A stretch of 64,000 nucleotides of DNA from Marispirochaeta sp. (GTDB taxonomy: Bacteria; Spirochaetota; Spirochaetia; JC444; Marispirochaetaceae), in the NCBI GenBank assembly GCA_963676835.2, contig CAXXFF010000003.1:160001-224000 (forward strand), read 5' to 3'. The notes below the pieces were generated by a model, which did no database searches, was not told the DNA's origin, and was given only the letters and a program-made list of their open reading frames with translations. Below are positions 17,732 through 26,787 of this stretch, in pieces (the stretch's first letter is position 1; the number at the start of each line of letters is the position of its first letter). The translations under genes were made by a program, and so were the position numbers.

Positions 17732-17908
17732 TTACTTGCTTTAACCTTCCTTGAATATGTGTAATAGTATGCTCGATTTTCATTACCGGATACTCCGTAC
17801 TTCCGGCCTTAAAACTTTTAATACTTAATATTTGGTAGAAAATTCGAAATTCAACTTACCAATCATTACAATTGAATAGACCAACTCTCTATATAGAAGA
17901 GGAACTGA

Positions 17909-19777
17909 ATGGTTAACCATCGACGCCACTATCTGATTAATATTTTCATATCCATAATTTTTGGATCCATTGCTATAGGTTTAAGCAGCGCTTTTTTCAA
18001 GGCTGAAGAGTCATCATACATCAGTACATCAATACGTACCATCCTGGTATGTCTCCCCTTCGGCCTGCCTGCCTTAGGAGCAATGGCCTGGTATTCCCGC
18101 ATATATAATCACCTTTCCGCAGCCGCAGCAGACGGAAATGATACTAAAATTGGTGAAAATATTGAAACAATCGGAAAACTGCCGCTTATTTCAATGGCGG
18201 TTTTCAGCATAGCGCTTATCTTGTTTGGTTTCGGTATAGTAAGTTTCAGCAGGTTTATACAAATTTTACCAGGCCTTGAAATTACCCTTGCAATACTCAG
18301 CGTTTCGTGGGGGATGCTTGCGGCGGCATCAGTATACATGGGAACAGACCAAATCAACGGGAACTTCCTTGAGAATTGTAAAATTACCCATTACCCTTCT
18401 GCCCTGAGAGCCAGCCGGCAGTCTCAAAAAATGATTATTATTCCGGTAATGACTGCCATACTGGGACTTACCTTTACCTTCGGCCTGGCGGGCAGCCTGT
18501 TGCTGAAATATGGCAGTTTGACAGCAATACCTTCGGGTTCTCTCCTGCTGCTCATTGTGTTTGTCCTGGTTTACTATATCACCATAGTTTCCCTTGCCAT
18601 TACCGGAAGCTCTAATCATAAGCGCGTATTCAACTCGGTTATTAAACAGCTGGATCAGCTTTCTTCCGGAGACAAGGATCTTTCAAAAAGAATATTTATA
18701 GGCAGTATTGATGAGGTGGCCTCGATATCAGGGCTCATCAACACCTTTGTAGAAACCCTGGCAGATAGCATCATTCTAATTAAATCAACACAGAACGAAC
18801 TGATTACAGTCGGAGATAACCTGAGCATAAACGCCCATGAATCTCAGATCAATGTCGAGGAAATCTCCGGTTTCATCGAAAAAATGCAGGACCAGACCAC
18901 TATTCAGACCAATAGTATCCAGGAAACATCGTCGGCCGTTGAAGAAATAGGCATGATAATCAGCAATATGAACAAGCTGATTACAGAACAAACCTCAAGT
19001 ATAAATGATTCATCCACATCCATTGAGCAAATGACCAGTAATATTACCTCTATCAACTCCTCAATAAACACAATGGCTGATGAGTTTAAGGCATTGACCG
19101 AAACATCCCGGACAGGGCTTTCTATCCAGGAAGAAACATACATTCGTACATCGGAGATTTCCAAACGTTCGGAGGATCTTCAGGTCGCCAATAAAGTGAT
19201 ATCCGATATTGCAGCCCAGACTAATCTTCTGGCAATGAACGCTGCAATTGAAGCGGCCCATGCGGGGAAATCCGGTCTTGGTTTTTCTGTTGTGGCCCAG
19301 GAAATACGCAAGCTGGCGGAACATTCTGCTGCCAATTCCAAAACAATTGGTACAATTCTTAATGAGGTACAGTCAGGAATTCAACAGGTTGTGGCATCTT
19401 CATTATCCTCAAAAGATATTTTTTCCCAGGTTGCAGATAAAATTTCAGCCACAGATCAGCTTGTCCATGAAATCAACAGCACCATGACAGAGCAGCAGCA
19501 GGGAACAAGCCAGATACTGAAAGCACTTGAGACAATGAATGATATTACCGCTCAGGTACAAACAGGGGCAACGGAAATGAACCTGGGAAGCCAGACAATT
19601 GTCAGGGAAATCCACACACTCAATGAGCACACATCCGAAACCAACGCCAATATGGATGCCATTGTACAGGGAATAGAAAAAGTTAACGAAAGTGTCCGGA
19701 CAGTATCAGAAATTTCGCTGCAAACCGGGGACGCTATAAAACAAATTGCAGAGGCAATCGGCGATTTTATGGTATAG
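17909..19777 (+). CDS. Methyl-accepting chemotaxis protein
   Basis: IAAQTNLLAMNAAIEAAHAGKSGLGFSVVAQEIRKLAE; multiple TM helices and HAMP. Confidence 0.95.
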   Translation: MVNHRRHYLINIFISIIFGSIAIGLSSAFFKAEESSYISTSIRTILVCLPFGLPALGAMAWYSRIYNHLSAAAADGNDTKIGENIETIGKLPLISMAVFSIALILFGFGIVSFSRFIQILPGLEITLAILSVSWGMLAAASVYMGTDQINGNFLENCKITHYPSALRASRQSQKMIIIPVMTAILGLTFTFGLAGSLLLKYGSLTAIPSGSLLLLIVFVLVYYITIVSLAITGSSNHKRVFNSVIKQLDQLSSGDKDLSKRIFIGSIDEVASISGLINTFVETLADSIILIKSTQNELITVGDNLSINAHESQINVEEISGFIEKMQDQTTIQTNSIQETSSAVEEIGMIISNMNKLITEQTSSINDSSTSIEQMTSNITSINSSINTMADEFKALTETSRTGLSIQEETYIRTSEISKRSEDLQVANKVISDIAAQTNLLAMNAAIEAAHAGKSGLGFSVVAQEIRKLAEHSAANSKTIGTILNEVQSGIQQVVASSLSSKDIFSQVADKISATDQLVHEINSTMTEQQQGTSQILKALETMNDITAQVQTGATEMNLGSQTIVREIHTLNEHTSETNANMDAIVQGIEKVNESVRTVSEISLQTGDAIKQIAEAIGDFMV

Positions 19778-19792
19778 CTGAATTATAGGTGT

Positions 19793-20869
19793 TTATAGCT
19801 TAAGATCAGGCAGCCGGGTTTTATCGTACTGTCTTGCACCACCATCTCTTACACGGAAATCAGCCTGGATAATCACCGGAGCGGTAGAATCTCCTTTTAT
19901 CGCAGACAAGGGAAACCGGGCCTCAAGGAAACCTTCTCCCACAGAGGTTTGACACCCCCGGGTAATATTTTTCTGGCTTGTATGATCAAGAGTCCAGCCG
20001 TCCCCCTGAAGTTTTAAAATATTTACAGTGGCGGGCTGCTTGTTTTTGAGACACCATAATTCATAATGATATCCGTTTATATTGAAAACAAGATCATAGG
20101 TTATATCAGCAGAATCTGCCCGGGGCTTACCCCCGCGGAAATCGACTCTTATATATATATTCTCAGTATCCTTTGCCAGATAAACCTTGTTGATGTCCCT
20201 TTCCGGGGAAATATCCTCATTCAGCATGGCCAGCGCCTGAGGACCGAAAGTCCAATCTGCAAGATTACCATCAATCTTTATTACACCATCCGGAACGATA
20301 ACCATATCCCATGAGAACTCTTTATCGTGGTACCAGGTATCAGTTTCGTTTGTAATTACTGTTTCAACCGTATCTATTACAGAAATTAATGCCTCGGGAG
20401 CTATCGCCTGCTCCAGGCTGTAACTGAGAAGTACTCCCTCTGCCATATCCAAAGAACAGTTTGCCGGAGCCTTTACCAGTATCCAGCAGACATCCGCACT
20501 GTCTGTATAGGAATCAAATATTTTGGCCCCTGCTACCCGAATATCTGTAAGCTGATGATCAACCCTGGTTAATATCTGTTCCTCTTTCCCGCTGGACGAG
20601 AAAGTATTCTCCGTTGATAGAGCTGATACAACAGTTGTTTTAAACTGCCTTGCAATACTTACAAAAGCCTTTTCTTTGGCTTCGGACATATCCGGATCAC
20701 AGCCAATGCCGAAAAAATAGCCTTCCTCCTTCGGGGGACTATAAAGCCATGAAGGACCATTTCCAGGATTGACAGATTCAGTAGACTGCATATTTCCCGA
20801 GCTGTTGCTGGCGCAGCCTGCAGTAAGGAGACAAAGAATAAACACAGTTACATTAGTACTTTTAAACAT
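19793..20869 (-). CDS. LPP20-like lipoprotein with C-terminal beta-sandwich
   Basis: Lipobox LTAGC; PSWLY..., AKEKAFVSIARQ; IKIDGNLADW. Confidence 0.6.
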   Translation of the reverse strand: MFKSTNVTVFILCLLTAGCASNSSGNMQSTESVNPGNGPSWLYSPPKEEGYFFGIGCDPDMSEAKEKAFVSIARQFKTTVVSALSTENTFSSSGKEEQILTRVDHQLTDIRVAGAKIFDSYTDSADVCWILVKAPANCSLDMAEGVLLSYSLEQAIAPEALISVIDTVETVITNETDTWYHDKEFSWDMVIVPDGVIKIDGNLADWTFGPQALAMLNEDISPERDINKVYLAKDTENIYIRVDFRGGKPRADSADITYDLVFNINGYHYELWCLKNKQPATVNILKLQGDGWTLDHTSQKNITRGCQTSVGEGFLEARFPLSAIKGDSTAPVIIQADFRVRDGGARQYDKTRLPDLKL

Positions 20870-20939
20870 AGTTTTGACCTCATCCCCGGCAAACAGAGAT
20901 ATTTCATTTTAACCCGAAGGCCGGAAGGTATCTACCAGT

Positions 20940-23321
20940 TTACCAGTAAGTTGCCTTGATTCGGAAGAAAATGCCGTCTACGCCCCCTTCATTCCAGGTT
21001 TTATTGTTGTAAAGACCGGAAAGGGTATTAAACCCGGCCATGGTAAACCCTGTCATATAATCAACGTCTTTATAATGAAGTATTATCCCCGATTCTATAC
21101 CTGAAGTCTCACCCCAGAGCATATCTGCAAGATCATATAAGGTAAGCACCGTATAGAACTCAAAGGATTTGTAGAGGATTCCGAAATCCAGCCCGCTCAT
21201 TTGACGGAAAGACGATTCACCGAATACTGCCTGATAAGCAATCCCGGGGTTTAGATACACCGCAGAGTAAGGGTAAAGAAAGGACCATCCTGTGGATAAT
21301 CTTAAGGTATTGTTCAGATGATCCCATTCAGGATAAGTACTGAACTCTTCTCCCCGTGTGTATTTTAGTCCTGCACTGGCCGACAGGCGCAGGGAGTTGA
21401 TATTCCGGTAGTAACCGCCTTCTGCGGCGAGCTTCAGGGTATCACCATTCAAAGCAAAGGCAATCTCACCATCAAGTGAATCAGTATCGTACCACATCGA
21501 ACTGAACAGATTTGGAACTCCAAGGTTTTCCTGATAGGTCAATGTATTTATATCACTTCCTGCCTGATCCGTGCCGATGACATCCGGGACAAGGGCAAAT
21601 TGCGCTCCAAAAGGACCATTATGCTGCCATTTACCGTTTATCCACAATGAGGTCGGCGTCATATCCTGACCCAGGGCAGGTTCTATACCTGCTGAGCGTG
21701 TAACCTGCAGCCATTTGTGGAGTGGATCGGGAGAAAAATAGCCTGCCTCAAACGTTACTTCATCATTAAGATCCTGCTCCATATAGAGTGCTTTCAGATA
21801 AACATCAGAACCGTTTATTGCACCTTTGTTTAAATCATCAAAATTCACCTCTTCTATACCTGCAGATGCATAGAGACGGGTTCCTTCGGAAAGTTGGTTC
21901 TGTATGTACAAATGGAGATCATCCAGCTGACTGTAGAACCGGGGGTCGCCATCACCGTTCAGCCCCCAGGCCATACGCCAATCCAGACTGAAATCAAATT
22001 GGGTTTTATTTAATACTGTCAGCGGCGTACCTGGTCCTGTAGTCGACAGAGGATCATCTTCAAGAGGCGAAACTGTTTCAGTTACGACAGTTTTTTCTGG
22101 TTGAAACAGTGTTGCCGCAGACCAGTCCAGAATTAGGTCCACGCCTCTCACGGAGAAATTTGCCGACAGTTCCTCCATTGTTTTCACCGGTATTCCGGAC
22201 CTGGCAACAACCTCACAAAGACTTTGAAATTCGGATGCACTAACCTCTGTTTCAGCATTGGATTCAGAACCTATTTTATGCAATACAAGGATTAATACTT
22301 CGCCTTTAGAGTCCATAGTCCTGAGCCGTTCTTCCAGAACTGCAGGATTTACCGGCGGAACGATATTTAACACACGAAGATTGTATCTGTTTCCCGGCGG
22401 CAGCGTTTCACGAAACTCTATGATACTTCTGGCGCTCCTGAAATATGTTGGTACAATACCCATTACTTCACCCCCGGAAGCACCATTCGGAAAAGCAAAA
22501 TCATACGCTGAGAAAGAGTTATCATCAAACCATGCCTGCTGAGCCTGAAAGATTGCGGTAAGTTCACTTTCAGTTTTATTATCCAGCCTTTCCATATAAT
22601 GTCCGCCGAGACTCCAGTGAAAGCTATCAGTAAGACTTCTCAACTCTTCAAGACTCATATAGTTATCAGTACCTATCCGCTCCGGTATGATATAAGCAGT
22701 ACCTTTGAGATTAAAATCCGCCATTATCGGCGCAGCTGTTTCATACTGGGATTTCCACCCGTCATCAAAAGTAATAGCCACAGCAGAATCCTGTAGAGTT
22801 TCTTCCAGAAGGACAGGACCTATCTTTATTGAAACTGGTTCGGTACCATCATCATTAAGCCAGAACTGAAATGCCCTTAGATGGGCCGGATCCGGCTGTC
22901 CCCAGGCGCTGCCCGAAGAGAGAGTAAAGCTCAACCTGTTCCACTCCCCTTCCCTGAGTTGTGTCTTGTCACTGCTAACGAGAAATACTATACGGTCGGA
23001 AAAATCCGCATCGTTAGCAGTAAAAATCCAGAAATCTTTTAGCGCTTTAGTGTTCTCAGGTTTAACCCAGACAATCAGGTTCTTTTGTTCAAGGCTGTAA
23101 ACCGGCACCGTCGCTGCGGTCACCTGAACATTCCCGCCTTTCCCATCAGCCTGAATAAGCATGGACTGGTTCCACATATCTTCACCTGTCTCAATACTGA
23201 TTGTGCCGGTGGGAGAAAATAAAACAAAGGGGTTATCCTCTCTCGGGAGATACAAAAGGGATGTTTCATTTGAAAGGAGATAAGTGGGCATAATAAGCAG
23301 CAGAAGAATAAATCTCTTCAT
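20940..23321 (-). CDS. Secreted polysaccharide deacetylase with a putative C-terminal outer-membrane beta-barrel
   Basis: Signal peptide; TFDDG, FAFPNG, VLHK NodB motifs; amphipathic beta-strands ending FFRIKATYW. Confidence 0.7.
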   Translation of the reverse strand: MKRFILLLLIMPTYLLSNETSLLYLPREDNPFVLFSPTGTISIETGEDMWNQSMLIQADGKGGNVQVTAATVPVYSLEQKNLIVWVKPENTKALKDFWIFTANDADFSDRIVFLVSSDKTQLREGEWNRLSFTLSSGSAWGQPDPAHLRAFQFWLNDDGTEPVSIKIGPVLLEETLQDSAVAITFDDGWKSQYETAAPIMADFNLKGTAYIIPERIGTDNYMSLEELRSLTDSFHWSLGGHYMERLDNKTESELTAIFQAQQAWFDDNSFSAYDFAFPNGASGGEVMGIVPTYFRSARSIIEFRETLPPGNRYNLRVLNIVPPVNPAVLEERLRTMDSKGEVLILVLHKIGSESNAETEVSASEFQSLCEVVARSGIPVKTMEELSANFSVRGVDLILDWSAATLFQPEKTVVTETVSPLEDDPLSTTGPGTPLTVLNKTQFDFSLDWRMAWGLNGDGDPRFYSQLDDLHLYIQNQLSEGTRLYASAGIEEVNFDDLNKGAINGSDVYLKALYMEQDLNDEVTFEAGYFSPDPLHKWLQVTRSAGIEPALGQDMTPTSLWINGKWQHNGPFGAQFALVPDVIGTDQAGSDINTLTYQENLGVPNLFSSMWYDTDSLDGEIAFALNGDTLKLAAEGGYYRNINSLRLSASAGLKYTRGEEFSTYPEWDHLNNTLRLSTGWSFLYPYSAVYLNPGIAYQAVFGESSFRQMSGLDFGILYKSFEFYTVLTLYDLADMLWGETSGIESGIILHYKDVDYMTGFTMAGFNTLSGLYNNKTWNEGGVDGIFFRIKATYW

Positions 23322-23382
23322 GAGTATAAATCCTCTAAAAGTACCTTGCAGTTAACTCCTAGTGTATTAAACTTTCACTGAA

Positions 23383-24087
23383 ATGAAAAAGAAATTTCTG
23401 GTTTATCTTATTTCATTTATGTGGCTCCTTTCTGGGGTTAATCTTTCTGCCGAGGATGCGTCCACTGTCAGGTTTAGTGGCTATACATGGATTGTGAAAG
23501 ATGCTCCGAACCTGAGGGGCCCCGGCCCAAACCGGTTCTCCAGAACAGCAGTAATGGTTGAGAATGACGACCTTAAACTGGCTATTAGCCCCAAAGGCAA
23601 CCGGTGGGTCTCTTCGGAAATATACAGCACGAACAGGTTCGGGTACGGTCTGTATGAGATTACTTTTTCCGTTCCATGGGCGCTGGACTCTCAGGGGGTA
23701 TTCGGTTTTTTCCTGTATAACGGGGACAAACCGCCATTCTTTAATGAAATCGATTTTGAAATCTCCCGATGGGGTTATACCGGCAATCCACCCTATTCTT
23801 TCACAGTGCAGCCATATACAAAGCAGGGCAACAGTATTGCTTTCAGGACCGTGCAGCAGGGCATTTTCACCTGCAGTATCGAATGGACTGAGGATGCGGC
23901 ACATTTCTTACTGAAAAATGATCAAAACAGGATTTTGCAGGAGTTTGAATATCGGGGCAGTTATTTACCGCGAAACACGGAGAGCCGGGTTCATATAAAC
24001 CTGTGGCTCTTTAATGGTGACCCGCCTCAGGGGGATGGCGATCTTGAGATAACGGTACATTCTTTTACGTATATGCCTCGTCATTAA
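23383..24087 (+). CDS. Secreted GH16-like glycoside hydrolase
   Basis: Signal peptide; catalytic EIDFE; FGYGLYE; HINLW. Confidence 0.75.
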   Translation: MKKKFLVYLISFMWLLSGVNLSAEDASTVRFSGYTWIVKDAPNLRGPGPNRFSRTAVMVENDDLKLAISPKGNRWVSSEIYSTNRFGYGLYEITFSVPWALDSQGVFGFFLYNGDKPPFFNEIDFEISRWGYTGNPPYSFTVQPYTKQGNSIAFRTVQQGIFTCSIEWTEDAAHFLLKNDQNRILQEFEYRGSYLPRNTESRVHINLWLFNGDPPQGDGDLEITVHSFTYMPRH

Positions 24088-24131
24088 TACAAATATTTGA
24101 TTTTTTAAACAACTCTTCTATACTTTTCAGT

Positions 24132-24464
24132 ATGACCACGGAAGAAAACGGAAACATTACTATTATAACTCCGGAACAGAAACAGCTGGATGTTACCAAC
24201 ACCACAGACTTTTTGGATACCCTGACGATCTACCTTAAAGGACGGCGGGACGTAGTACTGGACCTAAAAAATATACTCTTTATGGATTCTTCCGGTTTGA
24301 ATTCCATTATATCAACCCAGAGAATGATGAATCAGGAGAATAGAAATCTTGTACTTTGTAACGCCTCTTCAGCGGTGAGTCTGCTTTTTAAAATGGTAAA
24401 GTTATCCAAAATTGTAAATATTACCCAGGATAGAGATGCTGCTCTCGAAAGCCTGGGTGAGTAA
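24132..24464 (+). CDS. STAS-domain anti-sigma-factor antagonist
   Basis: VVLDLKNILFMDSSGL. Confidence 0.9.
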   Translation: MTTEENGNITIITPEQKQLDVTNTTDFLDTLTIYLKGRRDVVLDLKNILFMDSSGLNSIISTQRMMNQENRNLVLCNASSAVSLLFKMVKLSKIVNITQDRDAALESLGE

Positions 24465-24548
24465 GGTTTTTGCTGGTGGGGGTCTACTCAGGGATGTAAA
24501 TTATACAGGAATACAAGCCCGGCTTATTCATATGGGTAAGAGATAAAT

Positions 24549-26240
24549 ATGAAATCAAAAAAGATCGCACCGGTAGAAATCGCAGACTCCATTTACTGGC
24601 TCGGATCTACAAATGTCAGCGATTTTCTTCAGATCAACACATATATGGTTTATAGAAACGGGAAAGGAATAGTCATCGATCCCGGCCCGAGAAAATATTT
24701 CAAGGAAACCCTGACTGCCCTTGAAGAAATCGCTCCCAAGGAAGATATTTTCGCCCTGGTTCTCTCCAACCAGGATCCGGATATCTGTTCCAGTATCACC
24801 TCATGGGAAAATGAGGGGTTTAACGGCAAGATTATAGCCCACTGGAGAACCGGTCTTTTTGTAGATTCGTATGGTCTGCTAAATCCGATTCACAATATAA
24901 AAGACGATTTTACCGGACCCCAGGCTGAGTATTTATCCCTTGATTTCATATCGTTTCCCTACCTCCACTCTCCCGGAGCATTATTGACATACGACAGTGT
25001 TACCGGAACACTTTTTTCTTCAGATCTTTTCGGCGCCTTCGGAAGTACAGGTAACCTGTATGCTGATGATGAATATTTTAAAAGGATGTTGAAATACAAT
25101 AAACACTTCCTGTTAACCGGACAAAATCTATCTGCCGCTATTTCACAGCTTAATACACTCGATTTAAAAATAATTGCCCCCCAGCACGGCTGTGTAATCA
25201 CCGATCAGCATGAAAAATATTTTCAGGCATTTCGCCATATTAATGAAAATTTTTTCCCCTCCACTCAGGGTGCTGTCAACGAGGGAACACCTGCAACAGA
25301 TAATGCCTCCCTGTTCTTTTTTGAACAGGGACAGGAACTGGTAACAAACAGAGAAGAAAATCTTGTTGACCCGGCAACGGAATTATACAACAGCCTGTTT
25401 GTAGAGCATTTTCAACCGGATTTTATCGCCTCCCACGATGAAGGGGCTATTGCCTATATCCACCTGGATGGAATGAATGACTTTAACAGTGAGTATGGGT
25501 GGGAAGAAGGTGACAAAGCTCTGGGAACCCTGGCTTCCATATTAAGAGAAAACAAGCCCGATAATTCTTTCCTGTTCAGAGAACAGAGCATCAATCTCTG
25601 TTTGATGATTGCCGACGCGGAAAAAGAAGAGTTTATGTCAATATTGAGCAGTCTTCAAAATACCGTTCGGCTTTCTCAGGATTTTATAAAAGAAATGACA
25701 TGCAGTATTGCAGTGGTCGGGTTAAAGGAGCTAAGTTCCGGATCTGATGATAAAAGTGACCTGGCAGCAAAAATGCTGCGCAACCGTCTGCATACCCTGG
25801 AGGAGATGGAAGCGATGTCCATCTGTGATTTCTCCAATAAAGAAGATGTACGGTCCAGCGCGACTCTTGTGCTTCTTATTGAACCGGAAGCAGGCTATGC
25901 CAGAATGATTGAAGAGTATTTCACCTCCAAAGGAATCAGAATAGAAATCTGTTCCAACGGAGGAAATGCCATCTATATGATCGATGTTCTCCGTCCCGAC
26001 GTAGTTATATCAGAAATACATGTTCCTCAGATTGACGGATTCCGTATTCGGGAGAGGATGCTTAATATACCTGAATTCAGAAATATTCCAGCCCTTTATC
26101 TCAGCTATGAGAAAACAGAAGCCATTATTCACAGGGCAAATTCTCTCGGTGTTCATAATATACTGAAAAAACCGGTAATACTGACAGAACTCTACTGGCT
26201 TGTAATTTCTGAGCTTAAATCAGAGATCATACATGGATAA
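24549..26240 (+). CDS. MBL-fold / degenerate GGDEF / atypical receiver multidomain protein
   Basis: IDPG, NQDPD, HSPG, PQHG; DPATELYN...FNSEYGWEEGDKAL; PDVVISEIHVPQIDG...KP. Confidence 0.75.
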   Translation: MKSKKIAPVEIADSIYWLGSTNVSDFLQINTYMVYRNGKGIVIDPGPRKYFKETLTALEEIAPKEDIFALVLSNQDPDICSSITSWENEGFNGKIIAHWRTGLFVDSYGLLNPIHNIKDDFTGPQAEYLSLDFISFPYLHSPGALLTYDSVTGTLFSSDLFGAFGSTGNLYADDEYFKRMLKYNKHFLLTGQNLSAAISQLNTLDLKIIAPQHGCVITDQHEKYFQAFRHINENFFPSTQGAVNEGTPATDNASLFFFEQGQELVTNREENLVDPATELYNSLFVEHFQPDFIASHDEGAIAYIHLDGMNDFNSEYGWEEGDKALGTLASILRENKPDNSFLFREQSINLCLMIADAEKEEFMSILSSLQNTVRLSQDFIKEMTCSIAVVGLKELSSGSDDKSDLAAKMLRNRLHTLEEMEAMSICDFSNKEDVRSSATLVLLIEPEAGYARMIEEYFTSKGIRIEICSNGGNAIYMIDVLRPDVVISEIHVPQIDGFRIRERMLNIPEFRNIPALYLSYEKTEAIIHRANSLGVHNILKKPVILTELYWLVISELKSEIIHG

Positions 26241-26787
26241 GAGCTGGCTAGTAATCTATCTCCTTATTATCACACTCATCTCTCTGATTGCCTGGGTACT
26301 CGGAACAACTCTTCTGATCAGATTTCAAACCAGACGCAGGAAAAGGAAAACCGAAAGATTAGAGGAACTTATACGGCAATCTGTTGCCGCGGGAAAAATT
26401 ACCGGAATAGAGCATCTATTAGAAGAGCATCAGTTAGACTATCTGCTTGAGTGGGAAGTTGTTGCTCAGGACATTGAAATTCCCGATGCTATTTCACAAG
26501 AACTCTCTTTTTATATTAAAGAATGGAATATACAGGCAAAGGTTGAATCAAAACTACGCAGCCGGTTTTTAAAAAATAGAGTCTCCGGTATTCGTTTAAG
26601 CGATCTATTTGATAATCAAACAAAGGCGGAAATTCTATGTAACCATCTGATATCTGAACCAAAACTGTTTTTGCGTTTAAAGATGGTTTATCTCCTCTGC
26701 GAAACGGGCATACCGGATATTGTAGATTATGTCGTAAACAGTATGGAGGGGGCAGAAGATTTATACAGAAAAAAGTTATCAGCATAA
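26233..26787 (+). CDS. Membrane-anchored helical (HEAT-like) protein, possibly the N-terminal part of the next ORF
   Basis: N-terminal TM helix; TAATG overlap with the next ORF. Confidence 0.6.
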   Translation: MDKSWLVIYLLIITLISLIAWVLGTTLLIRFQTRRRKRKTERLEELIRQSVAAGKITGIEHLLEEHQLDYLLEWEVVAQDIEIPDAISQELSFYIKEWNIQAKVESKLRSRFLKNRVSGIRLSDLFDNQTKAEILCNHLISEPKLFLRLKMVYLLCETGIPDIVDYVVNSMEGAEDLYRKKLSA

